Shown here: one piece after another, positions 49,624 to 60,595 of the stretch
Position numbering within the stretch: the first letter of the stretch is position 1
Layout of the letters: each line of letters opens with the position of its first letter
Assembly (NCBI GenBank): GCA_963840385.1
Contig: CAWIYS010000001.1
Coordinates: 239,411-303,410 of the forward strand
Reading direction: 5' to 3'
DNA from: an uncultured Chloroflexia bacterium
Lineage (GTDB): Bacteria > Chloroflexota > Dehalococcoidia > DSTF01 > JACRBR01
Length of the DNA stretch: 64,000 nucleotides
Position numbers and translations under genes: made by a program
The notes under the pieces: model-generated
What the model saw: only the letters and a program-made list of their open reading frames with translations
Database searches by the model: none
Told to the model about the DNA's origin: nothing

Positions 49624-51045
49624 ATGTCCGATGATGAAACGAGGACGATGACGATCCCGCTTCGACAGGCGCAGGCGCCTCCGCCTCGTGACGACGGCCC
49701 GTACCGGCCGTTCCTGTTCGCGAGTCTCGCGCTCGGCATCGGCGGCGGCTTCATGCTCGCCACGCTGTTGCCGCTCGCGCAGACGCTGGAGTGGGGTTGG
49801 GGACTGCACTGGATTGCCTTCGTTCAGGCGCACGGCCAGCTGCAGATGATCGGCTTCGCCGGGCTGTTCGTCATGGGCATGTCGATGCGCGTCGCCCCGC
49901 GCTTCACCGGAAGGCCACTGCCGTATCCGGCGATGGCGCGCGCGATCATGCCGATCGTCGCAGCGAGCCTGGTCCTGCGCTCGCTCGCCGAGCCGGCCAA
50001 CGACAGCGTCGGTCGCGATGCCGGCCTGCTGGTCTCCGCGGCGCTACTGCTCGCGGCCGCGGCGGCATTCGCGGCCGTGATGCTTCGCCTGCTCGTGCAT
50101 CCCGACAGCAGGGCGCAGTCCGCGGGCTGGTTCCTCGTGCTCGGCGCGCTGGCCTACCTCGGCGGCGCCGTCCTCAACCTGCTGCAGGTCATCGACGTCG
50201 TGCGCGACGGCCTGCCGTTCGCGCCGCTGGCGCGCGAGCAATCGCAGGTGTTCGTGCAGTACTACGGCTTCCTGCTGCTGTTCATGGGCGGCATCGCCAC
50301 CCGCGCCATCCCGACGTTCACCGGCAGGCCGCGCGCCGACCGTGCCGGACGCGTCACCGCACTCGTCCTGGCCGCCGGCGTCGCACTCGTCACCATCGCC
50401 GGCGCCTGGGCATCGTACGCCGATCTCTCCCGTCACGGAGTCGAGGTCGAAGCGCGGGTAGAGGATGCGGGCTTCGTTGTCGTCGCCGTCGCGCTGGCAT
50501 CGATGGCGTGGCTCACGGGCACCTTTCACCCGCGCGCCAACCGCGTCGCGCCGGCGTCGCAACTCCCGTTCCTCTTCGTGCGCGCCGCGATGGCATGGCT
50601 CGTTGCCGGCGCGGCGTTGCTGGCGTGGTACGGCGCGCGCGGCTTCATCCACGCCGAGGCCGCCGATGTCTACGAGGTGGACGCGGCGCGCCACGCCCTC
50701 ACGATCGGCGTCACCACGATGATGGTCGTCGGGTTTGGCATGATGATCGTGCCGGAGTTCGCCGGCCGCCGCCTCCAGCACCCCGGCGAACGCCCGCTCG
50801 TGCTGGCGATGCTCGCCGCGCTCAACATCGCAACGGTGCTGCGCATCTGGCCGTCGATCGAAGGCATCGGCTGGCTGGCGAAGACGCGCTACTGGCCGAT
50901 GGCCGCGGCCGGCGGCCTCGCGGAGGCCGTCGTCGTCATCTTCGCGCTGATGTTCGTCCAGAGCTACCTCGAACAGCGCCGCCCCGCCTGGGCCTCGCCG
51001 GAGGCGCTGGCCGCGCGCCGGACTGCGGGCGGGAAGCAGACATAA
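49624..51045 (+). CDS. nnrS: NnrS-family polytopic membrane protein (NO-response, heme-copper type)
   Basis: About 12 TM helices. Conserved His residues are in GLHWIAFVQAHGQLQMIGF. Confidence 0.6.
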   Translation: MSDDETRTMTIPLRQAQAPPPRDDGPYRPFLFASLALGIGGGFMLATLLPLAQTLEWGWGLHWIAFVQAHGQLQMIGFAGLFVMGMSMRVAPRFTGRPLPYPAMARAIMPIVAASLVLRSLAEPANDSVGRDAGLLVSAALLLAAAAAFAAVMLRLLVHPDSRAQSAGWFLVLGALAYLGGAVLNLLQVIDVVRDGLPFAPLAREQSQVFVQYYGFLLLFMGGIATRAIPTFTGRPRADRAGRVTALVLAAGVALVTIAGAWASYADLSRHGVEVEARVEDAGFVVVAVALASMAWLTGTFHPRANRVAPASQLPFLFVRAAMAWLVAGAALLAWYGARGFIHAEAADVYEVDAARHALTIGVTTMMVVGFGMMIVPEFAGRRLQHPGERPLVLAMLAALNIATVLRIWPSIEGIGWLAKTRYWPMAAAGGLAEAVVVIFALMFVQSYLEQRRPAWASPEALAARRTAGGKQT

Positions 51046-51134
51046 GAGCGGCCGTCTGCTGCCAACCGGCGGCCTGCGCCTATAATGCCCCCACGCCGCG
51101 CGGCCTCGCGGGCGATTCACCGGACACGGACGAG

Positions 51135-52175
51135 ATGGCGAACGAAACGGTAGACGAACTGCGGACCGCCGCGCTCCAGACGCTTGCCCGGACTGCTGAC
51201 CAGAAGGCGCTCGATGCGTGGCGCATCGAGTACCTCGGCCGTAAGGGACGTCTCACCGGCGTGCTGCGCGGACTCGCTGAACTTTCGATCGACGAGCGCA
51301 AGCGCGTCGGGGCGTCCGCCAACGCGCTCAAGGACCAACTGGAAACGGCGTACGAAGCACGCGCCGACGAGCTGCGGCGGGCGGCGATAACGGCGTCGAT
51401 CGAGACCGGCAAGATAGACGTCACGCTGCCCGCGCGGCCGCATCGACGCGGCGGACTCCACCCGGTCACGCGCACCCTCCGCCGCATCCTCGATGCGTTC
51501 CGCTCGATGGGCTTCTCGGTCTACGAGGGCCCCGAGGTCGAGCTCGATTACTACAACTTCGAGGCGCTGCGCATCCCCGCCGACCACCCCGCGCGCGACA
51601 TGTGGGACACGATGTGGGTCGACGAGCAGTCGGACGGCCGGAGGCCGCTGCTGCTGCGCACGCACACCTCGCCCGGCCAGATCCGCGTCATGGAGCAGCA
51701 CAAGCCGCCGATCCGCGTCGCCGTGCCCGGCCGCGCCTACCGCTTCGAGGCGACCGATACCACGCACGAGTGGATGATGACGCAGGTCGAGATCCTCGCC
51801 ATCGACGAGGGCCTCTCGCTGGCGCACCTGAAGGGCACGCTGCTCGCACTGATGCAGCACCTGTTCGGCGGCGACCGCAAGATTCGCCTCAATTGCTCCT
51901 ACTTCCCGTTCGTCGAACCGGGAGCCGAGGTCGCGGTCGACTGCTTCGTCTGCAGCGGCGCGGGCTGCGCGGCCTGCCACCATACCGGCTGGATCGAGAT
52001 GATGGGCGCCGGCATGGTGCATCCGGAGATCCTCGACTACATGGGTATCGATTCGGAGCGCTACACCGGCTTCGCGGCCGGACTCGGCGTGGAGCGGCTG
52101 GCGATGCAGCTGTACGGCGTCGACGACATCCGCCACTGGTATCAGAACGACCTGCGCCTGTTGCGCCAGTTCTAG
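51135..52175 (+). CDS. pheS: phenylalanine--tRNA ligase alpha subunit
   Basis: MANETVDELRTAALQ... and the class II motifs ...FRxE..D..H...F.Q.E and GLGVERLAM. Confidence 0.9.
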   Translation: MANETVDELRTAALQTLARTADQKALDAWRIEYLGRKGRLTGVLRGLAELSIDERKRVGASANALKDQLETAYEARADELRRAAITASIETGKIDVTLPARPHRRGGLHPVTRTLRRILDAFRSMGFSVYEGPEVELDYYNFEALRIPADHPARDMWDTMWVDEQSDGRRPLLLRTHTSPGQIRVMEQHKPPIRVAVPGRAYRFEATDTTHEWMMTQVEILAIDEGLSLAHLKGTLLALMQHLFGGDRKIRLNCSYFPFVEPGAEVAVDCFVCSGAGCAACHHTGWIEMMGAGMVHPEILDYMGIDSERYTGFAAGLGVERLAMQLYGVDDIRHWYQNDLRLLRQF

Positions 52176-52184
52176 GGACGACGA

Positions 52185-54630
52185 ATGCGCGTTTCACTCA
52201 AGTGGCTGAGCGACTACGTCGACCTGCGCCTTTCCCCCGAGGATCTGGCGCACCGGCTGACGATGGCCGGCCTCGCCGTCGACACGATCGAGCGCACCGG
52301 CGGCGACTGGGGCGCCGACATCCGCGTCGGCAGCGTCGCCGCCGTCGAGCCGCACCCCAACGCCGACCGCCTGCGCCTCGCGACGGTCGACGTCGGCCCC
52401 GATGAGCGGCACCGCGTCGTCTGCGGCGCGCCGAACCTCGCCGTCGGCCAGAAGATCGCCTTCGCCACCGTCGGCGCGCGCGTGCGCGACGGGCACAGCG
52501 GCAAGGAGTCCGTCCTCAAGCCGGCCGTGATTCGCGGCGTCGAATCGGCCGGCATGGTGCTCAGCGAGCGCGAGCTTGGCCTGTCGGAAGACCACGAGGG
52601 CATCCTCGTGCTGCCGCCCGACGCGCCGCTCGGCCGGCCGCTTGCCGACGTCATCGGCGACACGATCTTCGAGATGTCGGTGACGCCGAACCGCGCCGAC
52701 TGGCTCTCCGTGCTCGGCGTCGCGCGAGAGGTCGCCGCACTGACCGGCGCCGCCGTCCGCGAACCCTCGCTCGACTACGCCGAGGATGGCGCGCCGATCA
52801 AGGGCCGTGCCGCGGTCGACATCTACGCGCGCGACCTCTGCCGCCGCTACGTCGCGACGGTCGTCGACTGGCATCAAGCTCGGTCCGTCGCCCGCGTGGC
52901 TGCAGGAGCGGCTCGTGGCCCTCGGACAGCGCCCGATCAACAACGTCGTCGACGTGACGAACTACGTCATGCTCGAGCTCGGCCAGCCGCTGCACGCGTT
53001 CGACTACGACCGCATCACCGGCCACCACATCATCGTTCGCCGCGGCGAGGACGGCGAGCGCTTCACGACGCTCGACAACGAGGACCGGGAGTTGACGTCG
53101 GACATGCTGGTCATCGCTGACGAAGGCGGACCGGTCGCGCTCGCCGGCGTCATCGGCGGCCTCGAGAGCGAGGTGACGGACGCCACCGTCAACGTGCTGC
53201 TGGAGGCGGCGACGTTCTCCGGGCCGAGCATCCGCCGCACCGGTGCCGCCCTCCGCGTCCGCAGCGAAGCGTCGGCGCGGTTCGAGAAAGGCCTGCCGCC
53301 CGAACTGGCGATGATCGCTTCGAAGCGTGCGACGAAGCTGCTCGTCGAGGTCTGCGGCGGCAAAGCTGCGGCCGGCTGCGTCGACGTCTTCCCGGGCAAA
53401 GAGCGCGAGCGCCGCGTCGAGGTCCCGCGCGAGCGCATGGCGCGCGTGCTCGGCATCGACCCGCCGACGACAAAGGTGCGCGAGGTGCTGTCGGGCCTCG
53501 GCTTTTCCGCGCGCTGGATCCCGCCGGACCGCTACGTCGTGCGCGTGCCCTACTGGCGCCCCGACGTCCGCATCGCCGACGACGTCGCCGAGGAGGTCGC
53601 GCGTGTCATCGGTTACGACGAGATCCCGACGCTGCTGCTCGAAGGCGCAATTCCTGCGCCACTCGACCAGCCGCTGCGCGACCTGCGCGAGCGCGCCCGC
53701 GACGTGCTCGCTGCCGCCGGCATGCACGAGGTGATCTCGTACTCCCTCACCACGCTCGACGCCATCGCCCGCGTCATGTCGCGCGAAGAGTTGGCGATCT
53801 ACCCGCCGTACCGCATGCGCAACCCGATCACTGCCGATCACGAGTACCTGCGTCCGACGCTGCGCGCTAGCCTGCTGCAGACGCTCGCCTCCAACCTGCG
53901 CTACCAGGAAGGCGAGGTCGCCATCTTCGAGACCGCGCGCACGTACCAGCGCCCCGACGAACGCCTGGCACAGTCCGGCCGGCCGTTCGGCGAGGAGTTG
54001 CTGCCGCTCGAAACCGAGCACGTCGCTGGCGTCGTCAGCGGCCGCCGGCTCGACCGCTGGGGCCGCCCCGGCGATGAGCAGCTCGACTTCTTCGACGCAA
54101 AGGCCTATGTCGAAGACCTGATGCGCGGCCTCGGCGCCGATGCGGAGTACGTGGCCGCCGGCGAGTTCGCGATGCTGCCTGGCCGCACGGCGGAGGTGCG
54201 CGTCGGCGGCGAGCGCGTCGGCGTCGTCGGGCAGGTGCACCCGGACGTCGCGGAGGCCTTCGGCGTCGAGCAGGAGGCGTTTCTCTTCGATGTCGCGCTC
54301 GACGCGTTGCTGCCCTTCGCCAAAGCGATCCGCAAGGCGGCGCCCGTCTCACGCTTCCCCGCCGTCGAGCAGGATCTGGCGCTGATCGTCGACCGCGACG
54401 TGGCGGCCGGCGATATCGCGCGCATCATCGAGGCAGCATCGCTCGTCCGCTCAGCGACGGTGTTCGACGTCTACACGGGCGACCAGGTGCCGGCCGGCAA
54501 GAAGTCGGTCGCCTTCTCCGTCGCCTACCAGTCCGACGACCACACCCTGACCGACGAAGAGGTCGCGAAGGCGCAGCGCAGGCTCCTCGAGCGCCTCCGC
54601 CGCGAATTCAACGCCGAGTTGCGCGCGTGA
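52185..54630 (+). CDS. pheT: phenylalanine--tRNA ligase beta subunit, with one frameshift near 52870
   Basis: [14 protein letters not shown]... contains the tRNA-binding domain. The B3/4, B5 and FDX-ACB domains are in the second frame. Confidence 0.85.
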
Positions 54631-54654
54631 CGCCAGTCACCAATCACCAGTAGC

Positions 54655-55371
54655 CTAGGTTCTAAGTCCCAGATTCTCAGCCCGCCGCGCCCCCGCCTCC
54701 TCGCTCACCACGCGGCCATCGAGCATGCGCACGATGCGGTCCGCGTGCTCGGCGACGTCGGGGTCGTGGGTCACCATCACGATCGTCAGTCCCTCGCGCT
54801 CGCGCAGCTCCTCAAGCAGCGCCAGCACGCGGTGACCTGCGTCGGAGTCGAGGTTGCCCGTCGGTTCGTCGGCGAGGAGGATCGGCGGCTCCATCGCGAG
54901 CGCTCGCGCAATGGCGACGCGCTGACGTTCGCCGCCGGACAGCTCGGTCGGCCGATGCGTCTCCTTGCCTGCCAGCCCGACCAACTCGAGCAGCCGTTCG
55001 GCGCGCTGCCGCCGCTCTCGCGCCGACGCAGCCAGCTCGAACATCGGCACCTGCACGTTCTCGCTGGCCGTGAGCGTCATCAGCAGGTTGTGCAACTGGA
55101 ACACCATGCCGACCTCGCGCGAGCGGTAGCGGCTCAGGTTCGTCTCCTCGGCGAGGTCGCGCCCGTTGACGCGGATGCTGCCCGCGTCCGGCGCATCGAG
55201 CGCGCCAAGCAGGTGGAGCAGCGTCGACTTCCCGCAGCCGGATCTGCCGACGATGGCGATGAACTCGCCGCGCTGCACCATGAGTTCGGCGCCGTTGAGC
55301 GCGGGGATCAGCCCCTTCTCGAACTTCTTGACGACGCCGCGCACCTCGATGATCGGCTCACCGTTACTCAT
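54655..55371 (-). CDS. ABC transporter ATP-binding protein (MacB/LolD-type)
   Basis: Walker A GRSGCGKST, the signature LSGGERQRVAIARA, and Walker B ILLADEPTGNLD. Confidence 0.85.
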   Translation of the reverse strand: MSNGEPIIEVRGVVKKFEKGLIPALNGAELMVQRGEFIAIVGRSGCGKSTLLHLLGALDAPDAGSIRVNGRDLAEETNLSRYRSREVGMVFQLHNLLMTLTASENVQVPMFELAASARERRQRAERLLELVGLAGKETHRPTELSGGERQRVAIARALAMEPPILLADEPTGNLDSDAGHRVLALLEELREREGLTIVMVTHDPDVAEHADRIVRMLDGRVVSEEAGARRAENLGLRT

Positions 55372-56480
55372 GGCGCAGCGCCTCCATCGGCGAGAGCCGC
55401 ACGGCGCGGATCGCCGGATACACCGCGCCCGCCAGCGCCACCACGATGGCAACGACGAGCCCGCGCACGAAGATGTCGATGCCGTACGTCGGGTCGAGCA
55501 GCGATCGCACCGCCGGAAAGAGCATGACCGCCCGCGATGCGAGCACGCCAAGCCCGGAGCCAACGACGGCCGCGATGAGGCACAGCAGCAGCGACTCGCC
55601 GATGATCATGCGGAGGATGCGGCTGCCGCGCCATCCGACGGCGCGCAGGATGCCGATCTCGCGTGTCCGCTCGTACACCGACATCACCATCGTGTTCATC
55701 ACGCCGATCGCGCCGATGCCCACCGCCAGCGCGGAGATCGCGAGGTTCAGCGCGTCCATCAGCACGATGCCCTGGTCGACGCGCGACATCTCACCGACGT
55801 TCGTGACCGTCGTCAGCAGCGGCGAGTCGTCGCGGATCGACGTCGCGACCGCCTCGGGGTCGAGGCCCGCTTTGACGGTCACGTAGACGGCCGTTACCGT
55901 GTCGCGTTTACCGGTCGCCTCCTGCAGCGAGCTGAGAGGCACAATGGCGCCGTTGTCTTCCCACGTGTTGCCGGTGTGGTAGATCGCCACGACGCGGTAG
56001 TCCCGCTTCTCGACGTTCACCGTGCCGCCAACGGACGCGTCCAGGTTGCCCGCCGCCCCGTCGCCGAGCATGATCTCGTCGGTCGCGCCGGTGCTGAGCG
56101 TCGAGCCATCGACGCAGTTGCGGCGGGCTCTTCGCGAGGTCCTCCGGCCGCACGCCGATCGTCGCGAAGTACGGGTTGTCGCCGACCTGTGTGATGTCGA
56201 ACAGCGCCCGGATCGTGCGCTCGACGTCCGGCCGGCGGGCGACGGCGTCGGCCTCCTCCTCGGTCACGGTGCTGAGCGAGAGGTCGGCGGCGCCCTTGCG
56301 TGCGACGATGAAGTCGGAGTCGTACGCGCGGAGGATCTGCCCGGCCGTCTGTCTCAGCCCTCCGACGACGACGCCGAGCGCGACCACCGTCGTGATGCCG
56401 ACGCTGATCCCCAGCACGGTGAGCGCGGTGCGCGCCCGCTGCCGCAGCAGGTTCTTCGCGATAAGCGCGATGAAGGTCAT
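55364..56480 (-). CDS. ABC transporter permease (MacB/FtsX-type), frameshifted near 56080
   Basis: N-terminal TM plus periplasmic domain in one frame, and the FtsX C-terminus (4 TM) in another. The 3' end overlaps the ATPase gene start. Confidence 0.75.
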
Positions 56481-56626
56481 GCGAGCCTCCATCCCGATGC
56501 TATCGCCCAGCGTCCCGCCACCCGTAGAGCCAGTCCGCCCGAAATTGAGGCCCTACGGAAGCTGAATGGGGTATGGCGATCCAGAGTCTGGCTCTGGTGC
56601 TGATCCTTGGTTGTGGGTTGTGGATT

Positions 56627-56908
56627 CTAGGGTGTTGACTCTGGGTTCTCCGCGGGGTTGTACGGCTCGAAGCCAAGCAACTCGTCGATCGCTTCTTCGT
56701 CGAACCCGACGATCACCTCGCCGTCGATCACCGTCACGGGCGTGCCGCTGGCGCCCAGCTTGAGCATGTCCTCGCGAGCCGACGGGTCGACATCCACGTC
56801 GCGCTCGGTGTATCGCTGGCCGCGCGACTCGAGGTGCAGGCGCACCATCTCCGAGTACTCGCACCAGCCCTGCGTGAAGAGGACGATTTCATGGCTGCTC
56901 GTCGTCAC
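56627..56908 (-). CDS. glutaredoxin-like small protein with a CxxS (CEYS) motif
   Basis: GTG start gives VTTSSHEIVLFTQGWCEYSEMV...GTPVTVIDGEVIVGFDEEAI, a glutaredoxin/NrdH-like fold. No clear SD. Confidence 0.5.
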   Translation of the reverse strand: MTTSSHEIVLFTQGWCEYSEMVRLHLESRGQRYTERDVDVDPSAREDMLKLGASGTPVTVIDGEVIVGFDEEAIDELLGFEPYNPAENPESTP

Positions 56909-57059
56909 ACGGCCAGCGTATCGGCTACGGACGCGCAAGCGCGAGGTCTCGCGCCAGGGTGCAGATCCGCTGGCGGCAAACGCGATTTCCGGCAGCGTAT
57001 ACTGACCGATACACGTCCATGCGCTGAGCTGGATCGCAATCGGGTGAGAGGAGCCCCCC

Positions 57060-57950
57060 ATGAAGATCGGCGCCCACGTCTCCACCGCGGGCGGCATTGC
57101 GACCGCGTTCGAACGCGCGGTGGCCATCGGCGCCGAGTGCATCCAGATCTTCGAGTCGGCACCGCAGCAGTGGGGCACCGCCCGCCTCGACGACGCCCAG
57201 GTGGCTGACTTCCGCGAGAAGATGGCCGCGTCCGGCATCGGGCCGGTGTTCATCCACGGCAAGTACCTGATGAACCTGGCAAGCGCAGATGCCAAGATCT
57301 TCAAGACGTCCGCCAGCACGCTCCGCAGCAGCCTGAATATCGCCGGCCGCATCGGCGCGCGGGGCGTCATCTTCCACACCGGCAGCCACAAGGGCCTCGG
57401 CCTCGAGGCGGTGTTCGAGCAGATCTGCGAGGCCGCCCGCTCCGTGCTGGCCGAAACGCCCGAAGACGCGTGGATGATCTTCGAGAACTCGGCCGGCCAG
57501 GGCGGCACCATCGGCTCCAAGTTCTCCGATCTCGGCCAGATCCTCAAGCGTATCGACAACCCGCGCGCGAAGGTGTGCATCGATACCTGCCACGCCTTCG
57601 CCGCCGGCTACGACCTCAGTAACGCCGCCGGCGTCGCGACGACGATGGCGGAGCTGGATCGCGAGATCGGCATCGAGAACGTGGCCGCGGTGCATTGCAA
57701 CGACTCGAAGACTCCGCTCGGCGCTGGCCGCGATCTGCACGACAACATCGGTGCCGGCCACATCGGCCGCGCCGGCTTCGAGGCGATGCTCGCGCACCCC
57801 GCGTTCGCCGACATCCCCTTCCTGCTGGAGGTGCCTGGCTTCGGCATCGACGGCGCCGGCAAGGGCCCCGACAAGCCGAACCTCGACATCGTCAAGGAGA
57901 TCCGCGCCGCCGTCGCGCCACCGGCCGTGAAGAAGAAGCGCAGGAAATAG
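57060..57950 (+). CDS. nfo: deoxyribonuclease IV (endonuclease IV, AP endonuclease family 2)
   Basis: MKIGAHVSTAGG..., plus the metal-ligand motifs HGKYLMNL, FHTGSH, CIDTCHAFAAGYD and VHCNDSK. Confidence 0.85.
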   Translation: MKIGAHVSTAGGIATAFERAVAIGAECIQIFESAPQQWGTARLDDAQVADFREKMAASGIGPVFIHGKYLMNLASADAKIFKTSASTLRSSLNIAGRIGARGVIFHTGSHKGLGLEAVFEQICEAARSVLAETPEDAWMIFENSAGQGGTIGSKFSDLGQILKRIDNPRAKVCIDTCHAFAAGYDLSNAAGVATTMAELDREIGIENVAAVHCNDSKTPLGAGRDLHDNIGAGHIGRAGFEAMLAHPAFADIPFLLEVPGFGIDGAGKGPDKPNLDIVKEIRAAVAPPAVKKKRRK

Positions 57951-57973
57951 TCGCGGCGGTTCGTACCCACCAC

Positions 57974-58002
57974 GTGGCGCGGGCTTCTCAGCCCGCGCGA
58001 AC
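57974..58002. repeat. REP-like hairpin (GTGGCGCGGGCT-TCTC-AGCCCGCGCGAAC) after nfo
   Basis: A member of the same hairpin family. Confidence 0.55.
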
Positions 58003-58239
58003 CCCGAGCTGCCGCCCAAACATCGATTCACACCAGTGGCCGCGGAGCTTCAGGTCCGCCGAATCCCCGGTAACCGCCCTGCAACCGACCCGACGATACG
58101 CGCAGCCGATCTCAACTCCGCAGACGCCGTCAACTTCGCCGAGTCCCGTGGGACGATGCGATGCCACCGCCGACGTCATTGCAGCCGCGACCTGTGAACC
58201 GTGAACTGATATCTATGAACCACGAACCACCAGCTCGCC

Positions 58240-59178
58240 CTACGCCACGCCCGTGAGCACGGCCTCCGAGATCGGCACCTCGTACAGCTCGGACAGCAGC
58301 GTCAGGAACGCGTGCACGGCGCGCGTGTGCTTGCGGTTCTTGCGGAAGATCAGCGAGATCTGTCGGCGAGGCAGTTGCGCGTCGCTCACTGTGATCGGGC
58401 AGATGATCTTCTGGGCGAACTCTCGCTCGGTCGAGACTTTCGGCAGCAGCGCGATGCCCAGCCCTTCCTCGACCATCTTCTTCGTCGCCTCGATCGTGTC
58501 CAGTTCCATCAACGTGTGCGGCACGATGCCGTGCTGCCGGAACACGCCCTGGATCAGCTGGTTGTAGCTCGACCCCCGGTCGAACAGGATGAGCGACTCC
58601 CGTCCGACCTCCTCGATTTTGGCGACGCCGGCCTTCGCGAACCGGTGCTCCGGCGACGCGACGAGCACCAGGTCGTCCTCGTACAGCGGGATCGTCACGA
58701 TCTCCGGGTGGTGGACCGTCCGCTCGAGCGCGCAATGCACGTCGTCGGACAGCACCATCTGCAGCACCTGCTCTGACCGGCCCGTCTGGACCGTCACCTC
58801 GACGCCCGGATACAGCGTGCAGTACTGCTTGAGGATCTTCGGCAGCACGTACGTGCTCACCGTCAGCGCCGAGCCAAGTTTCAGCGTGCCGATGTCGAGG
58901 TTGCGCATGCCGTCGAGGGCGTCGCGGCCCTCCTGAAGCGCCTTCAGCGCGCGGCGCGCGAACGGCAGGAACGTCGCGCCCATCTCGGTCAGCCGCACGC
59001 CGCGCCCGTTGCGTTCAAACAGCGCCTCGCCGAGGTCGCGCTCGAGCGACTGGATGCGCGCCGTGACCGATGGCTGCGTGAGGAAGAGCGCGTCGGCGGC
59101 CTTGCTGAAACTGCGCAGCTGCGCCACCTGTACGAACGCCTCGACCTGCCCGAGGTCCATGCTCGAATGCCTCTGCAC
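58240..59178 (-). CDS. LysR-family transcriptional regulator
   Basis: N-terminal HTH ...LRSFSKAADALFLTQPSVTARIQSLE and the LysR substrate-binding domain. Confidence 0.85.
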   Translation of the reverse strand: MQRHSSMDLGQVEAFVQVAQLRSFSKAADALFLTQPSVTARIQSLERDLGEALFERNGRGVRLTEMGATFLPFARRALKALQEGRDALDGMRNLDIGTLKLGSALTVSTYVLPKILKQYCTLYPGVEVTVQTGRSEQVLQMVLSDDVHCALERTVHHPEIVTIPLYEDDLVLVASPEHRFAKAGVAKIEEVGRESLILFDRGSSYNQLIQGVFRQHGIVPHTLMELDTIEATKKMVEEGLGIALLPKVSTEREFAQKIICPITVSDAQLPRRQISLIFRKNRKHTRAVHAFLTLLSELYEVPISEAVLTGVA

Positions 59179-59293
59179 TAGCGGCCCAAGGGCCGGCCGG
59201 TCGTCATGATCGACGCCGCGGAGTATCGGCGGTGTCTATAGAGCCCGTAGTGTCGCACCGATCCGCCTCGATTGCAAGAGTATCTCGCCAGGA

Positions 59294-59830
59294 TCAGCGA
59301 ATGCCGCTGTCGAAGCGAATCTCAATGGGTGCGACGTGGCCCTCGGTGACCGTGACCGTGACTTCGGACCCGTGCGGGAACGTGTCGCCGGACTCACCGA
59401 CGACGCGATACTCGCCCGGCGAGAGGCGCACCGTGAATCGTCCGTCCGGGCCGGAGCGCGTTTCCGCCACCAGGATGTCGCCTTGCCAGATGGTGATACG
59501 CGCCTCGTACGGCCGGTCCGGGCACGGACTGTCGATGCGTTCGACGGGGCACGTCGGTCCGATCGTCACGATGCCGGCGATGCCCGTGTCGCCTGACGCC
59601 GGTGGCGTCGCCGTCGGTGCGGCCGGCACCCGGGAATTCGTCGCGGAGGCCGCGGGCGTCGGCGCGACCGCGGAGGCGATAGCCGTGGCAGAGGCGCGAT
59701 CGGCGGTCGCGGCCGTTGTGGCGTTACTCGGCGTCGTTCGGGGTTCAGTGGCGGACCCGCAAGCGAACGCGGCCATCGCTGCTGCAGCGGCGGCCACGAC
59801 GACCAGAGTTCGCCGACGTCTTCCCATCAC
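59294..59830 (-). CDS. secreted lipoprotein with a carboxypeptidase-regulatory-like beta-sandwich domain
   Basis: Signal peptide plus lipobox AAFACGS, and the domain ...GPDGRFTVRLSPGEYRV. Confidence 0.55.
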   Translation of the reverse strand: MMGRRRRTLVVVAAAAAAMAAFACGSATEPRTTPSNATTAATADRASATAIASAVAPTPAASATNSRVPAAPTATPPASGDTGIAGIVTIGPTCPVERIDSPCPDRPYEARITIWQGDILVAETRSGPDGRFTVRLSPGEYRVVGESGDTFPHGSEVTVTVTEGHVAPIEIRFDSGIR

Positions 59831-59932
59831 GGCTCCAGCATGATCGATCCGTCTCTGGCCCTGCCACCGGACTGTTCGGTAGTGCGTCAGTTTGACTCGG
59901 AGTAAATCATGGCAAATGTAACCGAGGGCGCT

Positions 59933-60325
59933 CTACTCGTCGCCTTCAAAAATGAGGGGCAAAGCCAATTCAACCAAGGGTTCGGCGTCGGCGAGCAAGG
60001 CGAGGCTGTAGGAACCTGGGCCTTTGAACTCAAGCAGGATCTCAAGGTCGTGTCTGAGGCTGAAGGATTTGGCCCTCTCAGGCCACTCATACGTATGCTT
60101 CGCCACTTCAGACGTTGAGCCACTGGGGCCGTTGAGCCGACCCATCAAAGTGAACGGCCCCGGCTTGCCGTCGCAGAGAAACAAGACAAGCGCAAACTTC
60201 GGCAGACGGATGAACTGCTTTGGGTTGGCGGGGTAGTTCAGCGCGAGGATCGGCTGCCCTAACTCAAGCCCTTTCGTCGGATGGATTCGTGGGTCTTGGA
60301 AGAAACCTGCGCCCGTGACCTTCAC
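59933..60325 (-). CDS. hypothetical protein (130 aa) in the low-GC island
   Basis: An ORF in low-GC DNA with no recognisable motif. An antisense 69-aa ORF (59909-60118) overlaps it. Confidence 0.3.
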   Translation of the reverse strand: MKVTGAGFFQDPRIHPTKGLELGQPILALNYPANPKQFIRLPKFALVLFLCDGKPGPFTLMGRLNGPSGSTSEVAKHTYEWPERAKSFSLRHDLEILLEFKGPGSYSLALLADAEPLVELALPLIFEGDE

Positions 60326-60361
60326 CGTTGACTCCTTCCCGGTTCCCTGCCATAGTGCGGT

Positions 60362-60595
60362 ATGCCTAAACGCTCAAGCAGGCCCGATGTAAACGAGATC
60401 GCCACGAGGATCACGGTTGAGGCCACTGGCGAGCCGCCGGCGAAGAACCCCGCCGCCGTTGCGCTGGGCCGCCTAGGTGGCCTCAAGGGCGGTAGGGCGA
60501 GAGCTGACAAGTTGAGCCCCAAGAAGCGGTCAGCCATCGCTAAACGGGCTGCTCAAGCTCGGTGGGCTCATCGCTCGCCTCCTGATCACCAGTAG
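60362..60595 (+). CDS. small basic protein with a KGG-type C-terminal motif (LGRLGGLKGGRARADKLSPKKRSAIAKRAAQARW)
   Basis: The motif resembles stress-induced/phage-associated KGG-repeat small proteins. Confidence 0.4.
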   Translation: MPKRSSRPDVNEIATRITVEATGEPPAKNPAAVALGRLGGLKGGRARADKLSPKKRSAIAKRAAQARWAHRSPPDHQ

